The notes under the pieces were generated by a model. It ran no database searches. It was not told the DNA's origin and saw only the letters and a program-made list of their open reading frames with translations. Below are positions 20,998-32,249 of a DNA stretch of 64,000 nucleotides, one piece after another. The stretch is from the NCBI GenBank assembly GCA_963826525.1, contig CAWGXH010000004.1, positions 128,001-192,000 on the forward strand, read 5' to 3'. How positions within the stretch are numbered: the first letter of the stretch is position 1; every line of letters starts with the position of its first letter. The translations under genes and the position numbers were made by a program. This DNA comes from an uncultured Methanomicrobiaceae archaeon. Its GTDB lineage: Archaea; Halobacteriota; Methanomicrobia; Methanomicrobiales; Methanoculleaceae.

Positions 20998-21648
20998 GGA
21001 TTCTACCATGCAGATAATCTGCACACATAGAGGTACGCACAAGGTTAAATAGGTATGCTCACGAGGGACCTCTCCCGGACGTGACCGGCGTGCTCTCTGT
21101 CCGGAGCCTCCATGTTCCGTCCGACTCATCGAGCAGATCCGAAACATATCGGGGGAGAGAGGATCTCCGCGGATTGAAGCACCTCTCTACGGGGTGCCGC
21201 CGATCAGCTCCGCAATGAAAACCGGCTCGGGAGCAGAGGTGCTGCCCTGCTAATCGCGTGAGGGATGGATCTTTCCCTCCCGGCAGAGGGCTTTCCGGAG
21301 GACCCCATCACTCCGATCCCGTGATGGAGCATCACAGCTCCGGGGAGAGTATCCGAATCACGCTGGCGGGCAGGGATTTTTTACCGGGATTGTTTGTCGG
21401 CATCCGGATCACCATCACGGACGGTATGCTGCTTCGAGGGGATATGCGACAGGCGAGGCATGGGAGTGTAACAGAGCGAGATTTGCCGACTTTGCGCGAT
21501 GCAGCACTCCCGGAAGACAGAATGCTTTATATTCATACTCTCTGACTCATTGATCTGCAACGCATGGCAGCTTCAAGAGCGATCTCTTCTTGTATCCGGC
21601 ATCCAGCCGAGATCTCCCCGAATTACTGAGTGAACCGAGGGGCGACGA

Positions 21649-23635
21649 ATGATCAGAGAAATACCAACAGACGAACCGCCTGATAGCAGCCGGCGCGGGC
21701 GGCAGAAAAGCCGCTCGATAGGACCGGTTCACAATCTCGAAGAGCATGTCAAACCTGACTGGTGGCGTGGGATCTTCAATCACCTGTATCTGAAGACCGA
21801 CGGCGATGTCGTCGGAGATCACCGGATTACGGAACGGGAGATAGACCGTATCACCGGGATCCTTGCCCTTTCACCGGAGAGCGAAGTCCTCGACCTCTGC
21901 TGCGGCCAGGGCCGGCATACCCTGGAGTTAGTGCACCGGGGCTACGCTGCTGAGGGACTCGACCGTTCCCACTACCTGATCCAGAAAGCCCGGGCGACAG
22001 CAAAGCGTGGCGGGTTAAAAGTCAGGTTCAAAGAGGGTGATGCTCGGGACTCCCTTACAAGCCGGATACATTCGAGACTGTCCTGATCTTAGGGAACAGC
22101 TTCGGATACTTCGACTCGGTCGAAGAGGATATCCGGGTTCTTCGGGAAGTGCAGCGTGTGCTCAAACCGTGGGGCAGGATACTCCTCGATGTTACCGACG
22201 GAGAATACCTAAAAGAGCGCTTCCAGCCACGCTCCTGGGAGTGGATCGATGAGCAGATGTTCGTCTGCCGCGAGCGTTCGCTCTCGGTCGACGAGCAGCG
22301 GCTGGTTTCGCGTGAAGTCATCACGCACGTCGAGAAAGGGGTCATCGCGGATCAGTTCTATGCAGAACGGCTCTACACCAGAGATGCCCTCCGGGAACTT
22401 CTCGACCTTGCCGGTTTCTCCGATATCGCCTTTCACGAGATGCGGACCGAATCGGTACGGAACCAGGACCTCGGCATGATGGAGCGGCGCCACATTGTGA
22501 CCGCCGTCATCAGGAAAGACTGGACAAAAGTAAAGGCAAAGCGGACGAAGGCGGTCAGAAACGTTACAGTGGTACTCGGCGATGTCTCTCGGCCGGACAG
22601 GATAAAGCCGTCCTGCATCTTTGACGAGGACGATTTTCATACTATCGACCAGATGAAAGCCGCCCTCGCAGAGTTGAAAGACTACCGGTTCACCTTCATC
22701 CAGAAGCATGACACGCTGATCCGGGATCTCTCAAAAGTGAAGGATACGGCTGACTACGTCTTCAACCTCTGCGATGAGGGATTCAACAACGAACCGAGGA
22801 AAGAATTGCACGTGCCTGCGCTCCTCGATATCCTCGGCATTCCCTATACCGGCGCTGGGGCACAGTCGCTCGCTTTCTGCTACGACAAGTCCCTCGTCCG
22901 CGGTGTTGCGCGAGAGACCGGCATTCCCGTACCCGACGCATCTTTCATCGCGCCGGATGATCGGGTCTACGAGATCGGCGTTCCATTCCCGGTCATCGTC
23001 AAACCAAATACAGGCGATTCGAGCTTCGGGATCACCCAAAAGAGCATCGCCCACTCCGTCGAGGAACTCTCTACGGTGATTTCGACGATGCGGGCGACGC
23101 TCGGGTACGGCACGTCGTTCCTCGTCGAAGAGTTCCTGACCGGCAAGGATATCAGCGTCGGGATCATCGGGAACCCTGCCGGGAGGTATACCGTGCTTCC
23201 CATCATCGAGGAAGACTACTCGGCACTCCCCCCGGGGCTGCCCAGGATCTGCGGATACGAGGCCAAATGGCTCCCGGAATCTCCGGTACTGGAAGATCAC
23301 GTCAAAGCCTGCCGAGCTCGATCCGGATACGGAGAAGACGGTTGTGCGATGCTGCCTCGGTACTCTTCGAGCGACTTGAGTGCAGAGACTACTGCCGGTT
23401 CGACTGGCGGCTCGACGCTGGCGGCAAGCCGAAGCTCCTCGAAGTGAACCCGAACCCGGGGTGGTGCTGGGACGGGCACCTTGCCAGGATGGCCGGCCTT
23501 GCAGGGATCTCGTACGCCGGCATGCTTGAACGAATCCTGCGGGCGGCGGAGGTGCGGATAGGCCTTGATACCGATCTCCGCACGCCTCCGGCAGAGCACG
23601 AGGCGGGAACCATAACTCCCACCGAAACGGCATGA
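21649..23635 (+). CDS. Class I SAM methyltransferase fused to a D-Ala-D-Ala-ligase-like ATP-grasp domain (frameshifts near 22050 and 23290-23360)
   Basis: VLDLCCGQGRH, GDAR, GNSFGYF; then VFNLCDEG, GIPYTG, CYDK, VIVKP, LVEEFLTG, RFDWRLD, LEVNPNPG; the domain junction is in frame within ORF 22149..23447. Confidence 0.85.
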
Positions 23636-23887
23636 TGCCGACATCTGGACACTCACTTATTCTTTTTGCACCCGGGGCCGGGACGTCCGGGGTGCCTGCG
23701 GGTAAGAATTTCCGGGCAGTACGTCGAGACTACGGCACACACTCCACACCCATCAAGGACGCAGGCGACAAGGAAGCACCGCAGCAGGCCCCCACCGGGG
23801 AGTATGAGACCGGTATCGCATCCGGACGCAACCGTTCCGGGCAGGGAATTTATATATGACTCCGGTCACCAATGGTCTTTACAGGTG

Positions 23888-25106
23888 ATGCAGCTGCCGG
23901 AGATGGCAACCGAAGAGACGTATTTCAAAGAGCTTGAGGCCATTCGCAGCAATGTTTTGGAGGATATCGCCCTGGAGGAGCAGAAGCAGAACACACTTCT
24001 TGCGTACAATGAGAAACTCCATTATACCGGCCTGTTCATCCTTGCAGCGCTGCTCGTCAACATAATTTTCCTGATCTTTCTTCCCCGCTACCTGCTCTAC
24101 TGGATCATCTCAAGTTTCATCCTCTACATGGTAAACCCGTTCATCCTGATGATCCCGACCAACCGGACAAAAGCAACGCTCCCCGACCGCAAGACGATCA
24201 CGGAGTTCGCCGGTGTTCTGCGAGATATCGGGGTCGCGAAGGAGTCCCGGGCAGACCAGACAAAGACGATCGGAAAGGTGCTCTGGGACGTATTCTTCAT
24301 CAACAGCCAGCCGCTTGCGATCGGGTTTGGCCTTATTTACGGCCTCGACATCCTCTTCTCACTCCACAGCGGTTTTATTGTAGGATCTCTCGACAGAACC
24401 GCCGCCATGCTGATCACCCTCCAGTCGCTCGCCATAATCATATTTTACGCCGTAATCTGGCACATCAAGCCCTATAACCCCAGGTTCTTCAACTCCCTCG
24501 TCGGTATGGGGCAGGACGTCCGCAAAAAGATCCGGACGGGTTGGCGCCAGGGAATGCGGGTCGTTCTCTTCGTCGGTGCTCTTGCGGCAGTGTCAGGAGT
24601 ACTGGTCATTTCAGCGATGCTCCTTCCCGGGATGACGCTGAACACCTTTCTCGATTCGATAGACTACTCACTTGGGTGGAGCCTCTTACCCATCATCCTG
24701 ATCTTCCTCTCGCAGGTGATCATCGCCCGCTACCTGCAGGGAGCATACAGCAAGGAGCTTCTCCTGCAGGTAGGGGACAATAAGATCCAGATCTTCCGAG
24801 ACGAGATCCTGCATCGCCTCACGAAACTCCCCCGAACGCCGCAGGAGATCGAAAGTCCGGGCAGCCTCGACCCCCTGATGGCGGAGGCTCGAATCGCTCA
24901 GCGTCGCATACCTCCGGATGAAGGTCTACAAAGCGGAGTACCACGACCTCTTCGGACTCTTCCCGGTCTACCTCGTCGTACCCGACCTGCACCTGATCCT
25001 CGACCGCGATGCCGTCACCATCACGAAGGGCTCCCGGATGACCGAACCACAGCAGGGACTCAAGACAGAGCGAACCGACCAGACCTCGTTCCGGTCGAAC
25101 CAGTAG
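23888..25106 (+). CDS. Hypothetical polytopic membrane protein (frameshift near 24890)
   Basis: About six hydrophobic segments; AGGTGATG RBS/start; C-terminus in ORF 24918..25106. Confidence 0.75.
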
Positions 25107-25165
25107 ACCGAAAGTGCACTTTCCCCAAGATTATATAGTTTTTCAGCGTGCATACTAGATCAGAC

Positions 25166-26071
25166 ATGTCCGCCGAAGAACTCCCCACAACAACGGTCCA
25201 CGGCAGGAAAGTTCCGTACGACCCGGAACAGCTGCGGAAGATCGCCGAGCACCCCTGCTACTCCGAGAAGGCATGCCACTCCTTCGGCAGATGCCACCTT
25301 CCGGTCGCTCCGAAGTGCAACATCCAGTGCAACTACTGCGTCCGGGACTTCGACTGCGTCAATGAGAGCCGTCCGGGCGTGACGAGCAAAGTTCTCTCCC
25401 CGGAGGAGTCACTCGACCTTGTCCGGCGGGTCGTCAGGGAATATCCGTACGTCAAGGTTATCGGCATCGCAGGCCCCGGAGAGCCGCTTGCGAACCAGGA
25501 CACCTTCGAGACGCTCAGACTGGTGCACGAGGAGTTCCCGAAACTCATCATGTGCATCAGCACGAACGGTCTTCTGCTCCCCGAGTCTATCGACGAGCTC
25601 GACCGCAATGGTGTCGGAACCATCACCGTGACCTTGAACGCTATCGATCCTGCCATAGGCGAGAAGATCTACTCGCACGTCACCTATAAGGGGAAGACTT
25701 ACCACGGCCGGGAAGCGGCAGAACTCCTCCTCTCCCAGCAGATGAAGGGTATCGAGATGGCGGTTGCAAAGAAGATGTTCGTCAAGATCAACACCGTCTA
25801 CATCCCGGGAGTCAATGACGAGCATATCGTGGATATCGCGAAGAAAGTGAGCGAGATGGGGGCTTACACCTTCAACGTCATCCCGCTCATCCCGCAGTAC
25901 AAATTCGCCGATATTGTGCCGCCGACACCGAAAGAGAAGAAGGAGATGCAGGACGCCTGCGCTCCGTACATCAAGCAGATGCGCCACTGCGCACGCTGCC
26001 GGTCGGATGCCATCGGGAAACTCGGCCAGGACGTCCAGTCCTGCATCTACAAAAAGGACCAGACAGAATAA
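25166..26071 (+). CDS. nifB: Nitrogenase cofactor biosynthesis radical SAM protein NifB (stand-alone, no NifX domain)
   Basis: HPCY, HLPVAPKCNIQCNYC, NESRPG, IAGPGE, STNG, C-terminal CARCRSDA. Confidence 0.92.
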   Translation: MSAEELPTTTVHGRKVPYDPEQLRKIAEHPCYSEKACHSFGRCHLPVAPKCNIQCNYCVRDFDCVNESRPGVTSKVLSPEESLDLVRRVVREYPYVKVIGIAGPGEPLANQDTFETLRLVHEEFPKLIMCISTNGLLLPESIDELDRNGVGTITVTLNAIDPAIGEKIYSHVTYKGKTYHGREAAELLLSQQMKGIEMAVAKKMFVKINTVYIPGVNDEHIVDIAKKVSEMGAYTFNVIPLIPQYKFADIVPPTPKEKKEMQDACAPYIKQMRHCARCRSDAIGKLGQDVQSCIYKKDQTE

Positions 26072-26124
26072 TCCCGCTCCCGAACTTTTTTTATCGTGCG
26101 ATGCACTTCGATACCGATCAATCA

Positions 26125-26968
26125 ATGACGACGATTACGCTTGGGCCCGACGAGCCGCTCGATCTCGACCGGACACTCGGCTGCGGTCAGGCGTTCCGCT
26201 GGGAGGGGGAGGGCGGCTGGTGGCAGGGCGTCGTCGACGACCGCGCGATCCGGATACAGCAGGACGGAGATCTGCTGATGTTTTACGGGGCGGATGAAGC
26301 GTTCGTCCGCGACTACTTCCGGCTCGACCAAGACCTCCCCGCCATCCTCGCCTCGATCGATCGCGACCCGATTATCCACGACGCGATCCGGTGCTGCTAC
26401 GGCCTCCGGCTCGTCCGGCAGCGGCCGTGGGAGTGCCTCGTCTCCTACATCTGTGCAACGAACACGAATATCCCGGCGGTGAAACGGAGGGTTTCGCATA
26501 TGGCGGAACGCTACGGCGAGGCGATCGAGGGGCCTTTCGGGACGACCTATACGTTCCCGGAGCCCGAGGCGCTCGCCGGGGTCTGCCATGCCGACCTGTG
26601 GGACTGCAAACTCGGCTACCGGACAGACTACGTCCGCGATGCTGCAGCCTTCGCAGTGGAGAACCCGGGGTGGGCGGAGCATATCGCATCGCTGCCGTTC
26701 GAGGAGGCCAGAGCAGAGTTGATGCGGTTTTCGCGGCGTCGGGCCGAAGGCAGCGGACTGCGTGCTGCTCTTTGCATTCGGGTTCTTCGAAGCGTTTCCG
26801 GTGGATGTCTGGATCAGGCGGATCGTAGCGGAGGCGTATATGCCGGATCTTCCGGGAGAGAACTGTACGCTGGCGGAGTACGACAGAATACGCCGGTTTG
26901 CTCGGGAGCACTTCGGGGAGTATGCGGGATATGCGCAGGAGTACCTTTACTGTGTGCGGGAGGGATAA
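26125..26968 (+). CDS. 8-oxoguanine DNA glycosylase (OGG1-like, HhH-GPD); frameshift near 26735
   Basis: TLGCGQAFRW, GLRLVRQRPWECLVSYIC, LGYR, GVGPKAADC (shifted), FPVDVW, YAGYAQEYLY. Confidence 0.88.
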
Positions 26969-27366
26969 ACGACGGCAGAATCGACCGTATTTTATTGCTG
27001 TTTTCACCGGCCGGAAGGGGCACCTGTATTTGCAGGAGTATCTCTGTTATATTCCGAAACGAAGGAGAATTCTTCGAGTTATATCGACCATATGAGGAGA
27101 GGTAATATCAGGAGGATGAATACCCCTACCGCGGTTGAGATCGGCCGTCTGTGGGCTTCTGTGGGGATGGTAATTCCGGCGCATTCGGCTGGAAATACTG
27201 GTATTTACCTTTTTCCTGACTCATACTGTCCGCCCGGCCAGGGATGCATGACGCCGGGATGATCGTTCCTCGCCAAGCGCCGAGGGTTATCCGGCCCGGG
27301 CGGGATACGGCAGCATTTCTTGATAAAGAAGCCGGATAAGAGGGAGTCCATCGACCCGGACGCTGC

Positions 27367-28107
27367 TCACGACCTCTCAGCGGTGAAATGCCGGCAGCCG
27401 CAGGCGAAGCTCGCGATAAACCCGTTCTCCCGCGACTGCAGCACCTCCTCCGGCGTCCCCTCGACGACCACCTTTCCTTCTTCGAGGAGGCAGACCCGAT
27501 CACCGAGCTCGAGAGCGTCGTTGAGCGTGTGGGTGACGATGACGCACGGAATACCTGCCCGGCGGATCCGGTTCCGGAGCTCGCGCCGCATCTCGCCCTG
27601 TGCCCGGACGTCGACGGCAGCGAGGGGTTCGTCCAGGAGGAGGAGCTCGGGGTTCAGAACGAGTGAGCGGGCGAGAGCGACCCGCTGCCGCTGCCCGCCC
27701 GAGAGCCTGCCGACGTTCACGTCCGCAAGGTCGGCAATATGCATCGCCGCGAGCTGCCCGGCGACACGGTCGGCGATCTCTGCTTTCAGAGTCTTCCGGC
27801 ACCGTAGGCCGAACGCAACGTTCTCGAAGACGGAGAGATGCGGAAAGAGGGCGTAGGACTGGAAGAGATGGCCAATCTTCCGCTCTTCGGTCGGGACGTT
27901 TATCCGGAGCGTATCGGAGAAGAGGGTCAGGCCGGCGAGCGTGATCTCCCCACGGTCGGGGGTGAGGAGCCCCGACGTGAGGTTCAGGATGGTCGATTTA
28001 CCCGCCCCGTTCTCACCGATGAGGACGAGCGTCTCTCCATTCCGGGCGGTGAGGGAGACGTCGAGCTCATAATCGCGCAGGCGTTTGGCGACGTGAATCG
28101 AGAGCAT
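27367..28107 (-). CDS. modC: Molybdate ABC transporter ATP-binding subunit
   Basis: GENGAGKST, FQSYALFPHL, LSGGQRQR; in operon with modAB. Confidence 0.85.
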   Translation of the reverse strand: MLSIHVAKRLRDYELDVSLTARNGETLVLIGENGAGKSTILNLTSGLLTPDRGEITLAGLTLFSDTLRINVPTEERKIGHLFQSYALFPHLSVFENVAFGLRCRKTLKAEIADRVAGQLAAMHIADLADVNVGRLSGGQRQRVALARSLVLNPELLLLDEPLAAVDVRAQGEMRRELRNRIRRAGIPCVIVTHTLNDALELGDRVCLLEEGKVVVEGTPEEVLQSRENGFIASFACGCRHFTAERS

Positions 28108-28904
28108 CAGATCTTCCTCCGGGTGACGAACTTAACCGACAGGATGACGGCAAACGAGATGATCACAAGGATGATCGCAAGGCTGATGGCATCGTAGATA
28201 TCGCCCTGCATCGTCGTATAGATGGCAAGCGGCATCGTCTGTGTCCTGCCCTGAAAGTTGCCGGCGAACATGATCGTTGCCCCGAACTCACCGAGCGCCC
28301 GGGCGAAGTCGAGGATCGCTCCCGAGACGAGACCGGTCCAGGCGAGGGGGACGGTGACACGGAGGAGCACGGTCACCCGCCCGGCTCCGAGTGTGCGGGC
28401 GGCATCCTCATAGATCCGGTCGACCGCCTCGAAACTAGCCCGCGCCTGCCGGATGTAGAAGGGCGAGGCGACGAAGACCTGCGCCAGGATCACGGCAAGC
28501 GTGGTGAAGGCGATCTGGATCCCGAAGGCATCCAGGTACTCCCCCACGACACCCCGCCGCCCGAAAGCCATCAGGAGGGCGATACCCGCCACCGCAGGCG
28601 GAAGGACGATGGGAAGGTCGGTGAGGGTGTCGACGATCTCCTTGCCCCGGTAGTTTTCCCGTGCATTGATGTAGGAGAGCGGTGTTCCGAAGAGGATGAC
28701 AATCGCCGTGCTGACCGTCGCCGTGAAGAGGGAGAGCGCCAGAGCGTCAATGACCACCGGCTCTGCAAGCGACCGGAGGAATGCTTCGGGGGTGATCCGC
28801 AGGAAGAGCGACGCTACCGGTAGCGTGACGAAGAGGAGAAAGACGGCCAGAAGGGCAACGAGGAGGAGGGTAAACCCGGCTCCCCGTGCTTTCGTCCAGG
28901 ACAC
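28107..28904 (-). CDS. modB: Molybdate ABC transporter permease (start approximate)
   Basis: LPIVLPPAVAG, EDAARTLGA, FARALGEFGAT, TQTMPLAIY. Confidence 0.9.
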   Translation of the reverse strand: MSWTKARGAGFTLLLVALLAVFLLFVTLPVASLFLRITPEAFLRSLAEPVVIDALALSLFTATVSTAIVILFGTPLSYINARENYRGKEIVDTLTDLPIVLPPAVAGIALLMAFGRRGVVGEYLDAFGIQIAFTTLAVILAQVFVASPFYIRQARASFEAVDRIYEDAARTLGAGRVTVLLRVTVPLAWTGLVSGAILDFARALGEFGATIMFAGNFQGRTQTMPLAIYTTMQGDIYDAISLAIILVIISFAVILSVKFVTRRKI

Positions 28905-28926
28905 GTTCCTGACAGCGTTACCGGCC

Positions 28927-29748
28927 TTACGGTATCGGATCGAATCCATACTCCGTCAGGATGGCGCTGCTATCAGTGCCGCGCACGAACATGACGAACG
29001 CCTCGGCAGCATCTTTCTGCTGTGACTCGGCAAGGATGCCGAGCGGATACTCGGCGACGACATTGTACTCGGCCGGGATATCGATCCGCTCAAGTTTGTC
29101 GCGATCCTCCTGCTTGACATCGGACTTGTAGACAAAGGCGGCATCCGCTTCTCCAAGCGTCAGCTTCGGCACGACGGAGCTCACCGCCGTCTCCTCGGAG
29201 ATGACGTTGCCCATTACGGCCTCTCTGTACTCGGGGCCATAGGCGGAGCTGTTCGCCATCTTGTCGAGCACTTGGCGGGTGTATGACCCGAAAGGCACGT
29301 CCTTGGTGCCGATGACGAGCTTCACGCCGGGTTTCGCGAGATCGGCAAGGGTCGTGATATTGCCCGGGTTATCGGCGGGAACGATGACGGCGAGGGAATT
29401 TTCGAGGAAGAGCTCCACAGAATCGTTCTCCATGTAGCCGGCATCCTGCAGCGCCTTCATATGTTTCACATTCGCAGAGACGAAGACGTCGGGGGACGCT
29501 CCCTGCTCAATCTGCGTCCTGAGCGCCTGCGAACCGTCAAAGATGAGATCGATCTGCACATCAGGGTTCTGTGCTTCGTAGGCTGCACCGATATCGGTGA
29601 AAGCACCTGTGAGCGACGCGGCCGTAAAAACGGTCAGTGTCGTCTGCTCCCCGGCCGGCTGTGTGGTGCCGGTGCATCCCGCAACAGCGAGTACTGCAGC
29701 AATAAGGAGAAGCGGCACCAGCAGTATAATGGTACTGTGAGATTTCAT
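28927..29748 (-). CDS. modA: Molybdate ABC transporter substrate-binding lipoprotein
   Basis: AGC lipobox, TVFTAASL, GSQALRTQIEQGA, VPFGSY, GEADAAFVYKSD. Confidence 0.92.
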   Translation of the reverse strand: MKSHSTIILLVPLLLIAAVLAVAGCTGTTQPAGEQTTLTVFTAASLTGAFTDIGAAYEAQNPDVQIDLIFDGSQALRTQIEQGASPDVFVSANVKHMKALQDAGYMENDSVELFLENSLAVIVPADNPGNITTLADLAKPGVKLVIGTKDVPFGSYTRQVLDKMANSSAYGPEYREAVMGNVISEETAVSSVVPKLTLGEADAAFVYKSDVKQEDRDKLERIDIPAEYNVVAEYPLGILAESQQKDAAEAFVMFVRGTDSSAILTEYGFDPIP

Positions 29749-29754
29749 TGTATA

Positions 29755-29850
29755 CTCCCATATGAAGTAAGTTTACATTTCATAATTATAAATTTAAATT
29801 ATTTAAATAGATATACATTCACTTTTTGTTAATAAATTTGAATTTACTTT
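29755..29850 (-). promoter_or_regulatory. Very AT-rich modA promoter region with dyads
   Basis: TATGAA-N12-TTCATA (29761-29784), AATTTAAATT palindrome (29791-29800), TTTAAATA boxes. Confidence 0.5.
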
Positions 29851-29873
29851 TCCCTGGCACCGGAGGTGACGTC

Positions 29874-30504
29874 TCATTGAGCGGCGGGGTCCTTCGTCAG
29901 CCTCACACTGACCTCGTTCTTCCCGTGGAATTCGGTCATCATAGAAAACCCTCTCCGTTCCGCTTCCATCTCGATCCAGGGAGGCACATGATCGCAGATC
30001 ACCTCAAGATCATTGAAATCGCCCCGGCAGATAAATTCCTGAAGAACCTGCTTGCTGCTGATCTCGGGCGCCTTTCCCTGGATCTCCTTAATTGAAATGA
30101 AGAAGTTGCCGGGGGAGATCTCGATCGGCACGGGGATCTCCACAGCCTGTGCAGCTGCCGCTGCACTCTCCGCCGCCTCTTCACCGCGCATCACTCCGTC
30201 GAGAAACGCAGCGGGTCTGCCGGAAACCTCCCATACGCTACACCCCGCCTTCTCGAGCTCGAAGGACATGGCACCGCTTGCGGACCTCGCAACGAAGATC
30301 CTGCAAGGTCCGAGGAACTCCAGAAGTTCGCCCATCGTTGAGCGCAGTTCACGCAGCCCTTTGCTTCGGTCGAGTGCGAGCTCCATCTCGCGGTCGGCCA
30401 CAAAGGAGCATCCGGATCTTCGGTACACGACAACCTTCCCGGGTTCGGAGAGTGTCCCGGAAAAGCCGCCTCTGTCCAGGAGGTACTGCTATCTCCCGGG
30501 CACC
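29874..30504 (-). CDS. AnfO-family nitrogenase accessory protein (5' frameshift, start approximate)
   Basis: EIAV/LLDRGG..LSEPGKVVVY, FLGPCRIFVA, SSKQVL, LEVICDHVPPW. Confidence 0.7.
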
Positions 30505-30541
30505 AGCACCACCGTGCTCTTCGCGTCTCCTGCACATATCG

Positions 30542-30850
30542 CTAAATCACCAGGCGCTCTACGACGTTGCCACCTTCGATATGCTCATCAAGAATCTCTT
30601 CGACGTCATCGGGCGTAACCGACCCGTACCAGACGTTATCCGGATACACCACGACGATAGGCCCCTTTTCGCAGATACCGAAGCAGCCGGTGTTGTTGAT
30701 GAACACCTCGCCGCCGATCTCGCGCTCTTCGATCTCTTCCATGAACTTCATCATGACAGCCACGCCGTCCTTGGAGTAGCAGAATCCCTTCTGCTGGCCG
30801 TTCGGACGGGAGCTAGAACATACGAAAATATGCTGTCTTGGGTTTTGCAT
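30542..30850 (-). CDS. Thioredoxin-like [2Fe-2S] ferredoxin (clostridial nif-associated type)
   Basis: HIFVCSSSRPNGQQKGFC...NTGCFGICEKGPIVVVYPDNVWY. Confidence 0.9.
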   Translation of the reverse strand: MQNPRQHIFVCSSSRPNGQQKGFCYSKDGVAVMMKFMEEIEEREIGGEVFINNTGCFGICEKGPIVVVYPDNVWYGSVTPDDVEEILDEHIEGGNVVERLVI

Positions 30851-30851
30851 C

Positions 30852-32238
30852 TCAGACACCTCCTCTCGTTACCATCTCTTCTCTCTGCAATTGACGATAC
30901 GAACCGGTACTTCTTCTCGAGCAGGGCATTCGTGAACCGATCGAGGAACGCAAGGGTGCCCGCGTAGCCTGCGGAGAGGATTCTCTGCCCCCCTATCCGG
31001 TCGTGAATGGGAAAACCCACCCTGACAAGGGGGATCCCCCGGCGTTCGGTCAGGACCTTTCCCCCGGAGTGGCCTACTGCAACGGTGACGCCTGTCTGCA
31101 CAGCCGCTTCGTCGATAGCCGCGAAGTCCGCCTCTTCCATCAGGACGGGCGGTTCGTCGGCATCCATAAGCAGCTCGTCCAGTAGTCCAGCAAGACGGCC
31201 AGCTCCGGTTCCGCTGGCAATGACCCGGGGAAACGCCCCGTTCTCCGCACATACGCTGGAAAAGGCATATACGAGCTCGGGCTCGCCGTACACGACCGAT
31301 CTACCGTCTGCGTTGAACTTGTGCGAATCCGCCATACCGTCGAGAAGCCAGCCCCGCTCAAGAGCGAGCTCCTCCGGCACGGGCCTGCCGCCGAGCTCCT
31401 GCAGCGCCTCTATGAAGCGATCCGTATTCGCGAGGCCGATGGGCAGGGGCAGATTGATCAGCGGCACGCCGAATTTCTCCTCCAGGAAGAGTCCCGGCGA
31501 GAGGCTGTCGGGGCAGGTCAGCCCGAACTGTATGGTCGCCGGTGCTCCGGGCATACGGGCAATATCCTCCGTCCTGGTACCACCGGGTGGAATCTTCTGG
31601 TAGCGTCCCCCGTAGGGGCGGTCCAGCGTCATGGAATAATCAGGAATGAGCGTATACTCGATACCCATGAGTCCGAGGATGCGCTTGATCTCGCGAATGT
31701 CGGCGGGACTGATATGCGGAACGATCACGTTCACCCGCCGGTGCTGCTCGGTCGGCCGGGCATAGTATGCGATCAGCTGCCGGGTCGCCGCCCAGAATCC
31801 TTCCGTATGGCTCCCGCTGTAACTCGGGGTGGAGACCGGGATGATATCAACGTCCGTGATCGCACGGTCGTTCTTATACGTTGCGACCAGCCTCTCGAGG
31901 TCCTCGCCCATCGTCTCCGCAAGGCAGGTCGTCATGATGCCGATCACTCTAGGTCGGTATACCCGCAGGACATTGTCAAGAGCCCTCCGGAGATTCGCCT
32001 CCCCACCATAGATGGTCTGTTTCTCGTTCAGGGAGGTGGAAGCGATGTCCACGGGTTCGTTGTAGTGCTCGACATTCGTAAGGCGCATATACGTGCTGCA
32101 GCCCTGGGAGCCATGCACCAGCACCATGGCATTTTCAATGCCCTTGAAGGCGACGACGCCCCCGAGCGGCATGCACATCTGGCACTGGTTCTCGTTGACC
32201 GACCGTGCGGTAGTGGTGGTGCCCGTTGTTTCGTCCAT
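30852..32238 (-). CDS. nifN: FeMo-cofactor scaffold NifN (frameshift near 30905)
   Basis: CMPLG, HGSQGCSTY, TCLAE, TPSYSGSH, GFPIHDRIG; follows nifE. Confidence 0.9.
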
Positions 32239-32249
32239 ACTGTACCCCC

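Noticed and set aside
22149-23635. ddl indicating peptidoglycan synthesis or bacterial contamination
   Set aside because: The domain is fused to a methyltransferase, no mur genes are present, and the flanking genes are consistently methanogen-type.
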